A stretch of 64,000 bases of DNA from Cetorhinus maximus (lineage: Eukaryota). The position numbers and the translations under genes are program-made. Shown piece by piece: positions 1 through 12,435 of the stretch. The DNA lies in NCBI RefSeq assembly GCF_964194155.1, contig NC_135883.1, forward strand, positions 90,768,001 to 90,832,000, written 5' to 3'. The first letter of the stretch is position 1. Each line of letters starts with the position of its first letter. The notes beneath the pieces are model-generated. The model was not told the origin of the DNA. It made no database searches and was given only the letters and a program-made list of their open reading frames with translations.

Positions 1-305
1 TTCATAGCTGAAATTTCTCATCCCTGGAACCATTCCTGTAAACCTCTTCTTCACTCTCTACAATGTGCTCACATCCTTCCTATAATGTGGCACCCAGAAC
101 TGTACACAATACTCCAACTGAGGTCTAACAAGTATCTAGTATAAATTCAGCATAACCTCCTTGCTCTTGTTTGCCATGCCCCTATTAATAAAGCCCAGGA
201 TATTATATGCTTTCCCCACCTGTCCTGCCACCTTCAATGGTCTATGCACATATACACCCAGGTCTTTCTGCTCCTGCACCCCCTTCAAAATTTCACCCCT
301 TATTT
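1..305 (-). mobile_element. CR1 LINE fragment (C-terminal part of ORF2)
   Basis: Same sequence type as other CR1 copies in the window (e.g. gtggcacccagaactgtacacaatactcca, compare 2818-2850; reverse strand gives LEYCVQFW-like motif). Confidence 0.8.
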
Positions 306-309
306 TGTC

Positions 310-1960
310 TGTGTTACTTTCTCCCTCACCTTGACTTCAACTATTAACTCACTATCCTCTATACTAGTGCTATCTGTCCCTCCCAGTCTTTTGTGCACCC
401 AGGTATTCTACTAATATTTTCTCTTCGTTCCATACCCCTGCCGAGCTTAAAGCCCTCCTAACAGCACTAGCAAAAGGCCCCTGTAAGGAACTCAGTCCTG
501 GGCTCTGTTCAGGTGCAACCCATCCAGCTTGTACAGGAGCCACCTTCCCCAGAGCCAGTCCCAGTGTCCCAGGAATCTAAAGCCCTCCCTCCTGCACCAT
601 CTTTCCAGCCACACATTCGCATGCCTTATCCTCCTATTTCTGTACTCTCTGGCAGGTGACACTGAGTGTAATCCAGAGATTACTACATTTGAGGCCCTGC
701 TTGCTAATTTTCTACCTAGCTCCCTAAATTCTGATTGCAGGACCACATCCCCCTTCCTACCCAAGTTGTTAGTCCCAATGTGGACCACGACCTCTGGCTG
801 TTCACCCTCCCCCAGAATGTCCTGCAGCCACTCTGACATCCTTGACCCTAGCACTGGGGAGGCAACATACCATCCTGGGGTCACGTCTATGGGCACAAAC
901 ACCTGTCTGCTCCCCTAACCAATGAATCCCCTTTCACTATTGTTCTTCCTCCTCTCCTGAACAGCCGAGCCATTCATGATGCTACAAACTTGGCCCTGAC
1001 TGCACTTCTGAAGAACCAGCGCCCTCATCAGCTTCCAAAACAGAAAACTGATTTCTGAGCAGGACCCCAAGGCACTCGTGCACTACTTGCCTACTTCCTG
1101 GTGGTCACCCATTCCCTCTCTGTCTCCAGGCCCTTAAGTTGTAGTGTGACCAACTCTAAACATGCTATCCACGTAGCTGTCAGCCTCACAGATGTGCCAC
1201 AATGACTCCAGCCGCCACTCGAGCTCTGAAACCCGGAGGTCAAGTTTCTGCAGCTGGCAGCACTTCCTGCACATGTGGTCATCTAGCACGCTGATAGCAT
1301 CCATGACTTCACACATATTACAAGACACTCATTCGACTGAGCTTCCCTGCCATGTCTTAACTCTACTTCCCTTACGTTAACTTTAATCTACTTTGGATTA
1401 TTTATATTACTTTATTATATTGGCACTTCAGTTAAATCCAAGTATAACTACTTGTTTAAAAATATTACACTTTTCTAATTTACTCACCAGGTCATACTTA
1501 CCAAGGCCGCCACTCTTCTTTCTGAGGAAAGGTAGAAATGGAGCACCTCCCCCCTCAATCACCAAACTCCAACTTAAGCATTCTACTATAGCCCCAAAAC
1601 ATCATTTCAGTGCAGACAAAGATAGACTACTTTTATACTCTCTAAACCTAGCCTCTGAAAACCTGAAGAAGCCAATTATCTAATTAACTAGTTGCAGCTA
1701 CAAGCATAGCCTGTATGAGCCCTGATTTAAGGCTGCACTATAGCTCACTTCTTTCCAACCCTAACAGCAACTTTTAGTTAATTGTTAAATTAAAGAAAGA
1801 CTAGACTTTAGATAGATTTTAACCCTTAAATTCTCTGTCACCAAACTCCAACCTAAGCACTCTACTGCAGCCCCAAAACAGCACTTCAGTGCAGGCAAAG
1901 TCAGCAATATAAGATAGCCTACTTTTATACTCTCTGAACCTAGCCACTGAAAACGTGGTC
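310..1960 (-). mobile_element. CR1 LINE 5' part: 5' UTR with tandem duplication plus degraded ORF1
   Basis: ORF 1134-1328 has a CxxC...CxxC zinc finger and leucine zipper (CNMC...CRKCCQLQKLDLRVSELEWRLESL). ORF 492-902 is an SGNH/GDSL esterase (VVVHIGTNN...DGLHLN), typical of CR1 ORF1. Confidence 0.85.
492..1328 (-). pseudogene. CR1 ORF1 (zinc finger/leucine zipper + SGNH esterase), frameshifted
   Basis: Split over ORFs 1134-1328, 1091-1282 and 492-902. Confidence 0.8.
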
Positions 1961-2304
1961 AAGATCAGTGGATGCATCTTCAATAGCCATATCCTACAAC
2001 CAATTGTAGCCTCAGCCACAATTTAAATCACCACACCCCCATCACTCATCTACCAACAACTTTTATCAATCGTACCAAACATTTATTTACTTCCTACTAT
2101 TACATACCTAGTACTGTTGCATCTCAAAGGTTGCACACACTGTTGGCTATTCAACCATGACAGCCACATCTGCCAAACTGACTGTACAACACTTCCCCCT
2201 CACTTACATGTCAAGTGTTATAATCCCATAGTGGCACTTAAATGTTTAAAGAGAAATTTAAACACCCATGCCTGAATTTTTGCTCCCAGGTTGGGAGTGC
2301 AGAA

Positions 2305-3668
2305 TCGAGGAATTGTTACAGTGCAGAAGGAGGCCATTCAGCCCATCATGTCTGCACCTGCTCTCCAAAAGAGCAATTCACTTGCTGCTATTCTCTCACC
2401 TTTTCCCCGTAACCCTACATATTCTTCCTTTTCAGATAACAGTCTAATTCCCTTCTGAATGCTTCATTGAACCTACCTCCACCACATTCTCAGACATTGC
2501 ATTCCAGAACTTAACCACTCACTGTGTGAAAATGTTTTTTCTCGGATTGCTTTTGCTTCTTTCGCCAGTTACTTTAAATCTGTGTTGTCTCATTCTCGAT
2601 CCTTTCACAAGTGGGAACAGTTTCTCCCTATCTACTCTGTCCAGACCCCTCAAGATTTTGAATACCTTTATCAAATCTCCTCTCAGCCTTCTTTTCTCCA
2701 AGAAAAACAATCCTAACTTCTCCAATCTATCTTCATAACAGAAGTTCTTTATCCCTGCAACCAATCTCATGAAATTTTTCTGAACTCTCTACAGTGCCTT
2801 CATGTCCTTCCTAAAGTGTGGCACCCAGAACTGAACACAATACTCCAGCTGAGGCCAAACTAGTGTCTTACACAAGTTCAACCCAACCTCCTTGCTCTTG
2901 TACTCTCTGCCCCTATGCCTAAGATACTGTATGTTTTATTAACCATGCTCTTTTCCTGTCCTGCCACCCTCACAGACTTATGCACGTACACACCCACACC
3001 CCTCTGCTCCTGCACCCTCTTTAGAATTGTACTCTTTATTTTATATTGTCTCTCCATGTCCTTCCTACCAAAATCAATCACTTTCACATTTCTCCACGTT
3101 GAACTTCATATGCTACCTATCTGCCCATTCCACCAACTTGCCTATGTCCTTTTGAAGTTATACAGTAACCTCTCATGGTTCACAATGCTCCCCAGTTTAG
3201 TATTACCTGCAACCTTTGAAATTGTGCCTTGTACACCAATGTCTAGGTCATTAATAATAATTATGAAAAGCAAAGTTCCCAACACTGACCCCCTAGGGAG
3301 CTCTACTACAAGCCTTCCCCCAGCCTGAAAAACATCCATTAACCACTACTCTCTGTTTCCTGTCACCCAGTCAATTTTGTATTCATATTGCTAATTTATC
3401 TTTTATTCCATGAGCTATGAATGTTCGCAAGTCTGTTGTGTAGTATTGTACCAAATGCCTTTTGTAAGTCCATGTACACCACATCAACAACATTGTTCTC
3501 ATCAACCTTCCCTGTTATCGCTTCAAAAAAATTCCAACAAGTTAGTAAAACAAGATTTTCCGTTAAGAAATTCATGCTGGCATTCCTTAATTAACCTGCA
3601 TTCACCCACTTGACTATTAATTTTGCCCCAGATTATTGATTCTAGATGCTTCCCCAACTGTCGAAGTT
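2305..3668 (-). mobile_element. 5'-truncated CR1 LINE (RT and C-terminus, degraded)
   Basis: ORFs 2519-2770 (YEDRLEKLGLFFLEKRRLRGDLIKVFKIL) and 3142-3339 (PRGSVLGTLLFIIIINDLD); 3' tail near 2305. Confidence 0.9.
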
Positions 3669-3669
3669 A

Positions 3670-4405
3670 AGGGACGACTAAACACAGACTGGGTGATTGG
3701 TTTGCGGAACACTTTCGCTCATCCTGCAAGCATGATTCAGACCTTCCTGTTGCTTGCCATTTCGGTTCACCATCTTGCTCTTGTGCCCACATGTCCAGCC
3801 TTGGTCTGCTGCAATGTTCCAGTGAAGCCCAACACAAACTGGAGGAACAGCAACTCATCTTCCGATGAGGCACTTTACAGCCTTCTGGACTTAACACTGA
3901 GTTCAGCAACTTCAGGACATGAACACTGTCCTCCATCTTGACCCTTTTTTTAATCCAAGTTGTTTTTTCCCCAACCCGCCCCCACCGACACCACTCCCAC
4001 CCCCCACAAGGCCATCTGTCATTTGTGCTTACATTTTGCCTTCACGGAGCGCTGGCCCTTGTTCTGCTATTAACACATTCTGCTATCTTGCCTTTATGCC
4101 ACTATCAGCACCTTCTTTAGCCTTTAATGCTACCACCAACACTCCCTTTGTCTTGTATCCATGACATCTTTGTCAAATCTCTCCTCAGCTCCCACATATT
4201 CCTGACCTTCTATTTTGCTCCAGCTGCTCCACCCCTTCTTAAACAGTAAAATCCATCACATTTCTACCACTCTTTAGCTCTGAAGAAGTCATATGGACTC
4301 GAAACATTAACTCTGTTTCTCTCTCCACAGATGATGCCCAACATGCTGAGTTTTTTCAGCATTTTCTGTTTTTATGTAAATTTATAGCATCTGCAGTATT
4401 TTGCA
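3670..4405 (+). mobile_element. Penelope-like element 3' fragment (GIY-YIG endonuclease end + pseudo-LTR)
   Basis: Degraded G.TKHRLGD.FAEH...LPVACHF...KLEEQ.LIFR.GTLQPSGLN motifs; homologous to 37618-38735 (-). Confidence 0.8.
4276..4312 (+). ncRNA. Degenerate minimal type-I hammerhead ribozyme motif in Penelope pseudo-LTR
   Basis: agct-CTGAAGA-agtc(atatg)gact-c-GAAA-catt-aact: core boxes, stem II, and short stem I with one mismatch. Confidence 0.6.
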
Positions 4406-6659
4406 TTTATACTGACTGGCTGAGACAATCCCTGGCTCTGCAAACCGTCCCTGTAAAAAGTGCCCTGGCATTTTGGATTTTCGTTCTGGGCAGGGGGCCG
4501 AGTTTTATGGGAGTCAGTGTGGATGATCCCGGAAACAGTTTGGAGGCGGGCTGGGTGGAAGGCCTGCCTCAGTATACTAGCAGTTTGTTGAAGCAATGAA
4601 AAGAAACAATAAACAGAAAAACAATCTTCCAGCCCTCACCCTCACACACACTCCATGACCCATCCATGCCAAGTTATGCCACCTCATACCCCCCCACTCA
4701 CCTAACGTGCTTCATACCCTTCATTTCAACCTATGCCCCTCTGTCCACCCCCCACATGACCCTTTATAGCCCCTTTGCATACCCTTTGTCCTTACACCCA
4801 CCAAGCCAACTCACCTAAGTGTATATTGATGAATTCACTATTTCAAAGAAAGCCACTCTCATTGATAAAATCCAATCAGTACATTTAACTTCCTTTAATC
4901 CCCTATGAAAACAAACCTTGGAATTCATGGACCCATTTGAAGAGTTTATAGCCACTTGGAGCTGTCAATAAAACTCTGAACTGACAGGCACCCCCTCTGT
5001 GATAATGAAAGGTTGTCATGCAGCACTAATCCTGTAGTGATATCCTTCAGGCTTATGTCAACAAAAAGAATGAAATAGCAAGCACTTTTAAACACTGCAG
5101 ACAGTTTTTTTTTCAAATATTTAAAGGGCAGGAGTTTTAAAATGCATTGACAGGTTTACAGTTCCCTCCGACAGCTCTCTTGACAGTCAGTTCCTTTTGA
5201 CAGGCGTTTCGACAGCTCCTCTCTTGACAGTTCCAATGAGCTTGTGCACTTTGTATGCACATTCATGTCTACTTTCAAAAATCCCAAAGAGCGCCTGACT
5301 ACCCCCCCATCCCCCTCAATCCCAGCAAAAGGTGTCCTGGGACCACATTCAAAAGGATACGTTCCCTTTCCAAACGGGTACTCTCCCTCGCCAAAGAACT
5401 CCAGCAGCTTTAGAATTTCTCCTACCAGGTCTAAAGAGCACAAGTTGTGCTTCGGACATCCTACTAACATAAATCAGATCAGCCCAGGGCAGGTGCACTT
5501 TAACGTGTGTGGGTTGCCTCTGTGGATCATGGCTGTACAACTTAGAACGCACCCCCATTCCCTCTTCCCACCCCCTGCGAAAATGTTAAGTGCCATGTTT
5601 GAGAGCAAGACTTATGGATTAGGATCTCCACTGTCATTTTCGTAATGATGGAGAAGCTCTCTGTCTGTACAAAAATTCAGGTCACAGTGATCACCTGAAA
5701 GAAATTATGTCACATGATTTAAACAGGTGCATTTTACTTTACAAGAAATATTACATTGAAAAGTACAGTAAGACACAATCGCATGTTCTTTACACTCAAA
5801 TTCTCAACTGCACCCCCTCTTTTGCCCTTATGACTACTCCCCCACCCCCCACCCTCCCCCAGAAAGCCCTTGGCTACTTACCAGGCTCTTGAAGGTTCCT
5901 TCACTTCCTGGGACCAAACTGGAGTGCTGCAGCTCTCAGGAATTCACTTCAATTCTCCTCTGTGTTCCTGTTATCCTCCAAGGTGTGAGATTTATTGGGG
6001 CCCTTAAATGAGTCTCCAGCTAATTGACCCTCCACCAGTCCTTAGTACCCTATGATTGTGGACACTGCAGCTCAACATGAGCTTCACTGCATTCTTGCTT
6101 AGCCTCCACCTCAGAAATACTCCTGATTTCTGATAACCCTTTTGCTTCTGGTTTACAGCTACTTTACAGCAATTAGCAGACTCTTTGTCTCTGTGCCTGC
6201 TGAACTCAGGGTTTACACCCATCAACTTGGGTGTTTTCAGTTCCAACCCAAAAAAGGCCTTCTGGAAAAATCCCACAAGCAACTTCCCAGAATTCCAACC
6301 AAGGCTCAATGGCAACAGAGGTTAGTTGAGACGCCCAATAGATCTTTAGAATAAATAACCTTCAACTTAAAAATCAAACCTTTTGATTCTGGGACCCACC
6401 TGAATAATTTAAATTTCAAATGAAGTCAGGACAATTTTCCTCAGATTTTCTTTATGCAGTTCCCCAACTAAATGAAGGCCACCTCCCGATTTTAAGGCTT
6501 TCACTTTCCTAACTCTGACCTCATAAGTATACATGGAACCCTTTGATCTGCCATTATTTGAGGTGTTCTGGCAATTTCTAGAGTCTACGATTGTAATTAC
6601 TTTACCTTTACAACTCCAATCTTCCCAAAACCAAAAATTACGTCTAAAATATTAATATG

Positions 6660-7560
6660 AGCTAGATGATTATGTCACAAGGCAGCATACATCTGGTGGT
6701 AGCAGGAGTTAACTGGAAGGCACAGGTGTATCTGCATGCTCTAACCCCCATGGAGGAGATAGTGCTGGACATTGTTGAGAAGGCTGAGGTTGAGACATAG
6801 GCAACGATATCGTCATATCTAATGCTCATCTTCACATCCCACTTCACCGTCATCCTGCACTCTCTTCTGATTTACTAGCTGCTGATGTGTAAGCATGCAC
6901 CTCTTATTTCCCCACCTCCCTACACCATGACATTTGTACCATTTTCCTTTTAGATACCGAAGAGGTGCAACTTATTTGGCCAGGCAGTGAAGGAAATTCA
7001 AAAGAGAATGATGATACTGACACACCATCATTTGATTTCATACTTGTTCAGACACTATGCATAATTTAGAGGAAGCATAGAGATGGGTTTTGCATATGGT
7101 GAGACATCAAGCACAGGTGACCTGCAGCCAGGGTAAGGGTAGCACAGGTGCCAGCTCAACAGAGCGCGAAGTTACAATGGGTCCTGCTGCAGAGGCCTCA
7201 GGTGAACACTTTGGGGTGCTCTATCAAAGAGTTTGTGCAATGAAACGTTTAGTGCATTGGAAAAACTGCCAGAAAACCTCTGTTTAACACGACAGAACTT
7301 CGAGGAGTATAGCACCAACTTGGCACAGGGTTTTGTGCAGAACTTGAAGCCCATCCTGTCCAGCATGGAAGTAGTGGCCAACACTGCTCACACCTTGTGG
7401 GACCAACTACGATGCGGTATCTGATGGCTGATGTTGCAGCTGCCATTGTAGCATGAACAGCAGTCAATATCTGAATGCTGCAGTGAAAGCACAGTCAGTC
7501 AGGTCAGCTTTCTGTCATGCAAGCTCAGAATGGCTGCAGGGGTTTAAAGAGTGTCGCACT
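6660..7560 (+). mobile_element. Degraded Harbinger accessory (Myb/SANT-like) gene remnant
   Basis: YLHALTPMEEIVLDIVEK resembles exon 2 of the accessory gene in 41347-46259 (LLQRLTPFEEQAMEL). Confidence 0.5.
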
Positions 7561-7579
7561 AATTCAACAATGTGCTCTT

Positions 7580-7960
7580 CAGTGATGAGGCTCGAATAAG
7601 AACATTTGAAATAAAAAGACTGAAATGGATATTATGTGTGTCATGGACGGACAAACAAGTGGTTGCTCGAGGAAGCTGGTGTTAAGAGGAACTTGTTTGA
7701 GGCAGTGATATCAAGGAAGCTGTCACGTTTTGGACACATGATGCAAACAGAAGGAGGGTGTTTGGAAAAAGAGGTAATGCAAGGAAAATACCTGGAAAAT
7801 GTGCACAAGGAACACCCAAGATGACATGGATGGATAATATCAAAATGGGGACTGGCCTTTCTATGGGACAGGCAGTGAGAGCAGCAGAGAATAGAAATTA
7901 GTGGAGAAAAGTTGTTCATAGTGTGCCGACCCTTGGAACGAGAACGGATGAAACTCAAGA
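7580..7960 (+). mobile_element. RTE-clade LINE 3' fragment
   Basis: RTNKWLLEEAGVKRNLFEAVISRKLSRFGHMM..EGGCLEKEVMQGK, the RTE C-terminal signature. Confidence 0.75.
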
Positions 7961-8316
7961 TGAGGAGAAAGGGAGCATCAGGCCTGACAAAATGGAAACT
8001 TCATCCATTGTTTTGTTGTGTAAAAGTATAGAAAGATTTTTCCCTTTACTGAAGCTCCAGGCCAGGGCCTTTTTTCACATGTTCAAAAGGTTCAAGATGC
8101 AAAATCCTTGAGGATCAGTGTGTTGATAGTGTTAAATTCCTGCTCCCATTTGGGCTCACATCAGCCTCCATGAGTTTGCTAAATGACTGTTAGTTATTGT
8201 AGATTTCATTATACAACTACTGCCTATCTAATCTTGTTTTGAACTTCTATTTTCAGTTATCGTAGTCTTTGTCTTGCTTGCTGTTTTTGTTAGGACGTAA
8301 AATGGACAGTGTTTCT

Positions 8317-10385
8317 AAGACATAAGTAGACATAGGAACATAGGAGCAGGAGTAGGCCAATCAGCCCATCGAGCCTGCTCCACCATTCAGTACGATCATG
8401 GTTGATCGTCCACTTCAATGCCTTTTTCCTACACTATCCCCATATCCCTTTATTGATGGTATTTAGAAATCTGTCAATCCCTGCTTTAAACATACTCGAT
8501 GACTGAGCTTCCACAGCCCTCTGGAGTAGAGAATTCCAAAGATTCACATCCCTCTGAGTAAAACAAAAAAAAAATTCTCCTCATCTCAGTCCTAAGTGAC
8601 TTCTCCCTTATTTTGAAATTGTGTCCCCTGGTTCTAGACTCCCCAACCAGGGGAAACACCTTACCTGCATCTACCCTGTCTATCCCTTTAAGTATTTTTT
8701 AGGTTTCGATGAGGTCATCTCTCATTCTTCGGAACTCCGTGAATACAGGCCCAGTTTCTCTAATCTCTCTTCATAGCACAATCCTGCCATCCCGGGAACA
8801 AGCCTGGTGAACTTTCGTTGCACTCTCTCTCTGGCAATAATGTCCTTCCTAAGGTAAGGGGACCAAAACTGCACACTGCAGTACTCGAGGTGTGGTCTAA
8901 CCAAGGTGCTATACAATTGAAGCAAGACTTCGTTACTCCTGTAATCAAATCCTCTTGCGATAAAGGCTAACACACGTGTATGTTAGCTTTCAGTGACTTA
9001 TTGAAGAGGACACTCAGATCCCTTTATACATCTACACTTTCAAATCCCTTGCCATTTAAAAAATACTCTGCACATCTGTTCCTCCTACCAAACCTCACAT
9101 TTTTCCACATCATATTCCATTTGCCATATTCTTTCCCATTTAACTTTCTGTCACCTGCAAACTTGGAAATATTGCATTTGGTCCCCACATTCAAATCACT
9201 GATATATATTGTGAACAGCTGGGGCCAGGGTACTGATCCTTGCAGTACCCCACTAGTCACAACCTGCCAATGCAAGAATGACCCATTTATTCCTACTCTG
9301 TTTTCTGCCTGTTAACCAATCCTTAATCCATGCCAGTACATTACCTCCCATCCCCTGTGCTTTAATTTTGTTAATCAACCTTCTGTGGGGGACTTTATCA
9401 AAAGCCTTCTGAAAATCCAAGCGTACTACATCCACTGACTTCCCTTTATCAATTCTGTTTGTAACATTCTCAACAAAGTCCAACAGATTCATCATGCATG
9501 ATTTCCCATTCATAAATCCATGCTGACTATGGCCAATCAGATCATGATTATCCAAACGTCCATTTATCACACCCTTGAGAATAGATTCTAGCATTTTTCC
9601 TACTAATGTAAGGCTAATAGGCCTGTAGTTCCCTGTTTTCTCTCTCCCTCCCTTTTTAAATAGTGGGGTGACATTTGCTACCATCCAATCTTCAGGAACC
9701 ATTCCAGAATCTATAGAATTTTGGAAGATGATCATCAATTTATCCACTATCCACAATAGCTACCTTTTTCAACACTCTGGGATGTGGAATATCAGGTCCT
9801 GGGGACTTAATAACCTTCAGTCCCATTAATTTCTCCAATACAACCTTCTTACTGATAATAATTTCCTTCAATTCCTCATTCTCCCTAGTCCCTTGGAGTA
9901 GAGGGACTACTCTAATTCTGGGAGATTTCTTGTATCTTCCTCAGTGAAGACACACACGAGGTAATAATTTAGCTTCTCTGCCATTTCCCTATTCCCCATT
10001 ATAAATGCTCCTGACATTTCTTAGCCAAAAGTTTCCTTTTTACATACCTCTAGAAGCTCTTACAGTCTTTTTATGTTTTTTGCTAGCTTACATTCATATT
10101 CTATTTTCCCTTTCTGTATCAGTTTCTTGGTCCTCTTCTGTATTCTAAAAAGCTCCGAAGCATCAGATTTACGCCTATTTTAGCAATTTTATAGGTCATA
10201 CAATCTTTAACTTCCTTTGTTAGCCACAGTTGACTGACTTTTTTTGGTTTTTGTACCTTGAAGGAATGAATAGTTCTGAATAGTTGCTGTAAACTATGTA
10301 ATAATACTTTAAAGACTAACCATTGCCTGTGCCTGTGTACATCGTATCTTTTAATGTATTTTGCCAATCTACCTCAGCTAATTTG
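8317..10385 (-). mobile_element. 5'-truncated CR1 LINE, frameshifted ORF2
   Basis: ORFs 9253-9756 (NYRPISLT...SQHGF...LDFQKAFDKVPH), 9024-9275 and 8722-8973; tail repeats taagacataag...aacataggag near 8320. Confidence 0.92.
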
Positions 10386-11904
10386 CTAATGGGTAATTGG
10401 CCAGGAATGTGTGCCAGACAAGCAGCCAGCTGCTCAATAGTGCTTGTGAAAGTTCCATTCTATGCTGAAGGATGGGTCTTATTTCACTAGAAACACATTT
10501 GTTATTCTGGAAGTAAGTGACTAATTGTTTGTGACTGACCAAATGCTCAATCTACTAGAACATCTGTCCTGCTACTCTGCTTCATGTATTGTGCTAAGAA
10601 ACATATTACTCATACATTGCTTTACTTTCATGTTCATCCACAGTCATATCAGTGATGTTAAATGCCCCCATGATTAACAGTTGATTACTTTAAGGTAACT
10701 GCCATAACCAGTTCAATTGTGTTCACACAATTATAGTGTTTACAAACAAAACTTAAAATATAAGTAATGAGCTATCTGAATTGCTGTGGTTACATTGTGA
10801 AAGCTGCATCTCCAATGGGTGAACATTTTGGCTATACAGGAACCACTCATTGTCTCAAATTCAGCAGTTCCAACATGTGCAGGTTAGTTATCTTAATCGT
10901 TGTAGTGCCATTTACGTAGCATGAGAATGAGAAGTGCTGAACAAAGACCATTACAGACACAGCAAGATTTTCTCTGTAAAGTTATTAATTTAACTGACAA
11001 ATTTAATGTACCAATTTCTGTTGTACTTAAGAGGATATGTTAAAACAGGAACAGTTAACTATTGAAAGTAGTAATAGGATTATAGATCAGAGTGTTCAGC
11101 CTGCTGGGAATACATATTGAGAAATGACAAATACAATATTTTCTGCCCTTTTATTGTAATTCAATTTTGGGGAGTGGTCCTTAATTTCCCAATATGCATT
11201 CTGAGTGGGTGAGGCTCCCTGCCAGGAGCGCGCATTTGTGAAATTGGCTCTTAATTATTTCCATGGATTTATTTGCACATATTATAGCCAATCTGCTTGG
11301 GACTGTTACTGGCTTAATTTTTGTTTCTTTTTAATTATTAAGCAAAAGATAGTGGTGCTTCAAATGGAAGACAGTTCTGCTTTTTGATCCCAGTGTTGGT
11401 GTTAACTACTTACAGGTGGGATGCTGAATAAAGCTCTCTGCCCCAATAATACACCTTGAATCACTAAGTGCAGAACAGCACCTATTGCACCAGACTAATC
11501 CTTTTAATTTCCTGCACTTGCAACCATTCTAACCCACTTCACTTAGATTGACAAGTCAACCCAGAATTTTGAGTGGCTTTATGCAGTGGACTTTGAGCAC
11601 TAGAACTGGACTTAAGCTCATGTCAGATAGGTCCCTTGCAGTTGGCAGAGAGAAGTACCCTTCATCCATCAATCTTGGTTGTGTTCAATCCCTGAGAGAG
11701 AACAATATTTTAGCGCACATTGTTATCCATTTCTCTCTAATAATCTGTTTACCTTTGGCTTAAGCAAGTGAATTTCATCCATATATTCACAAAGTATGAA
11801 TGTATTATTTTTTGATGGAACAATATTAATAGCAAAGCAATCCTGCATGAATTCTATCTTAAATGAAGTATTTTATTGTGCGCTGCATTAGTCAAAATGA
11901 AGTG

Positions 11905-12080
11905 TTACAAAGTATTTAGGGCGTAGAAAATGGGCTATGCGACCCAACAGTGTTTATGCTTCACACAAAGCTCCTCCCACCATTCTTCATCTAACCCCCA
12001 TCAACATATCCTTATCTTCCTTTCTCCTTCATACCCTTATCTAGATTCCCCTTAAATATATTGATGCTATTTGCCTCAAC
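11905..12080 (-). mobile_element. Short CR1-like 3' end fragment in intron
   Basis: Resembles the 3' tails of the other CR1 copies. Confidence 0.5.
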
Positions 12081-12318
12081 TTTTGATCAATTTGGTTATA
12101 ATGCAATAAATAGATTGATTTTGCATAGAGAAAATCTATTTTTGTGTAAAAAGTGTAATAACATGATACACTTGGATGTTTGCTGTGAGTTTTCAGCATG
12201 TTAGAGCCCTGAGATTGAAAAGAATGTTAAATCTGATGTATTGTTTTTGTCGTTTAACTGATATAACAATTTTTTTGGCAAAGGAGTCATCAATTATATA
12301 ATATTCTTTGCAAATTAG

Positions 12319-12435
<117 letters not shown>

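Noticed and set aside
4470-5683. Additional MITE
   Set aside because: The right end resembles the TIR (aaaattcaggtc), but the left TIR and a TSD could not be established; ORFs 5156-5470 and 5244-5645 have no recognisable motifs.
5880-6560. Gypsy gag-like coding remnant
   Set aside because: No identifiable motif; I cannot support the call from sequence alone.
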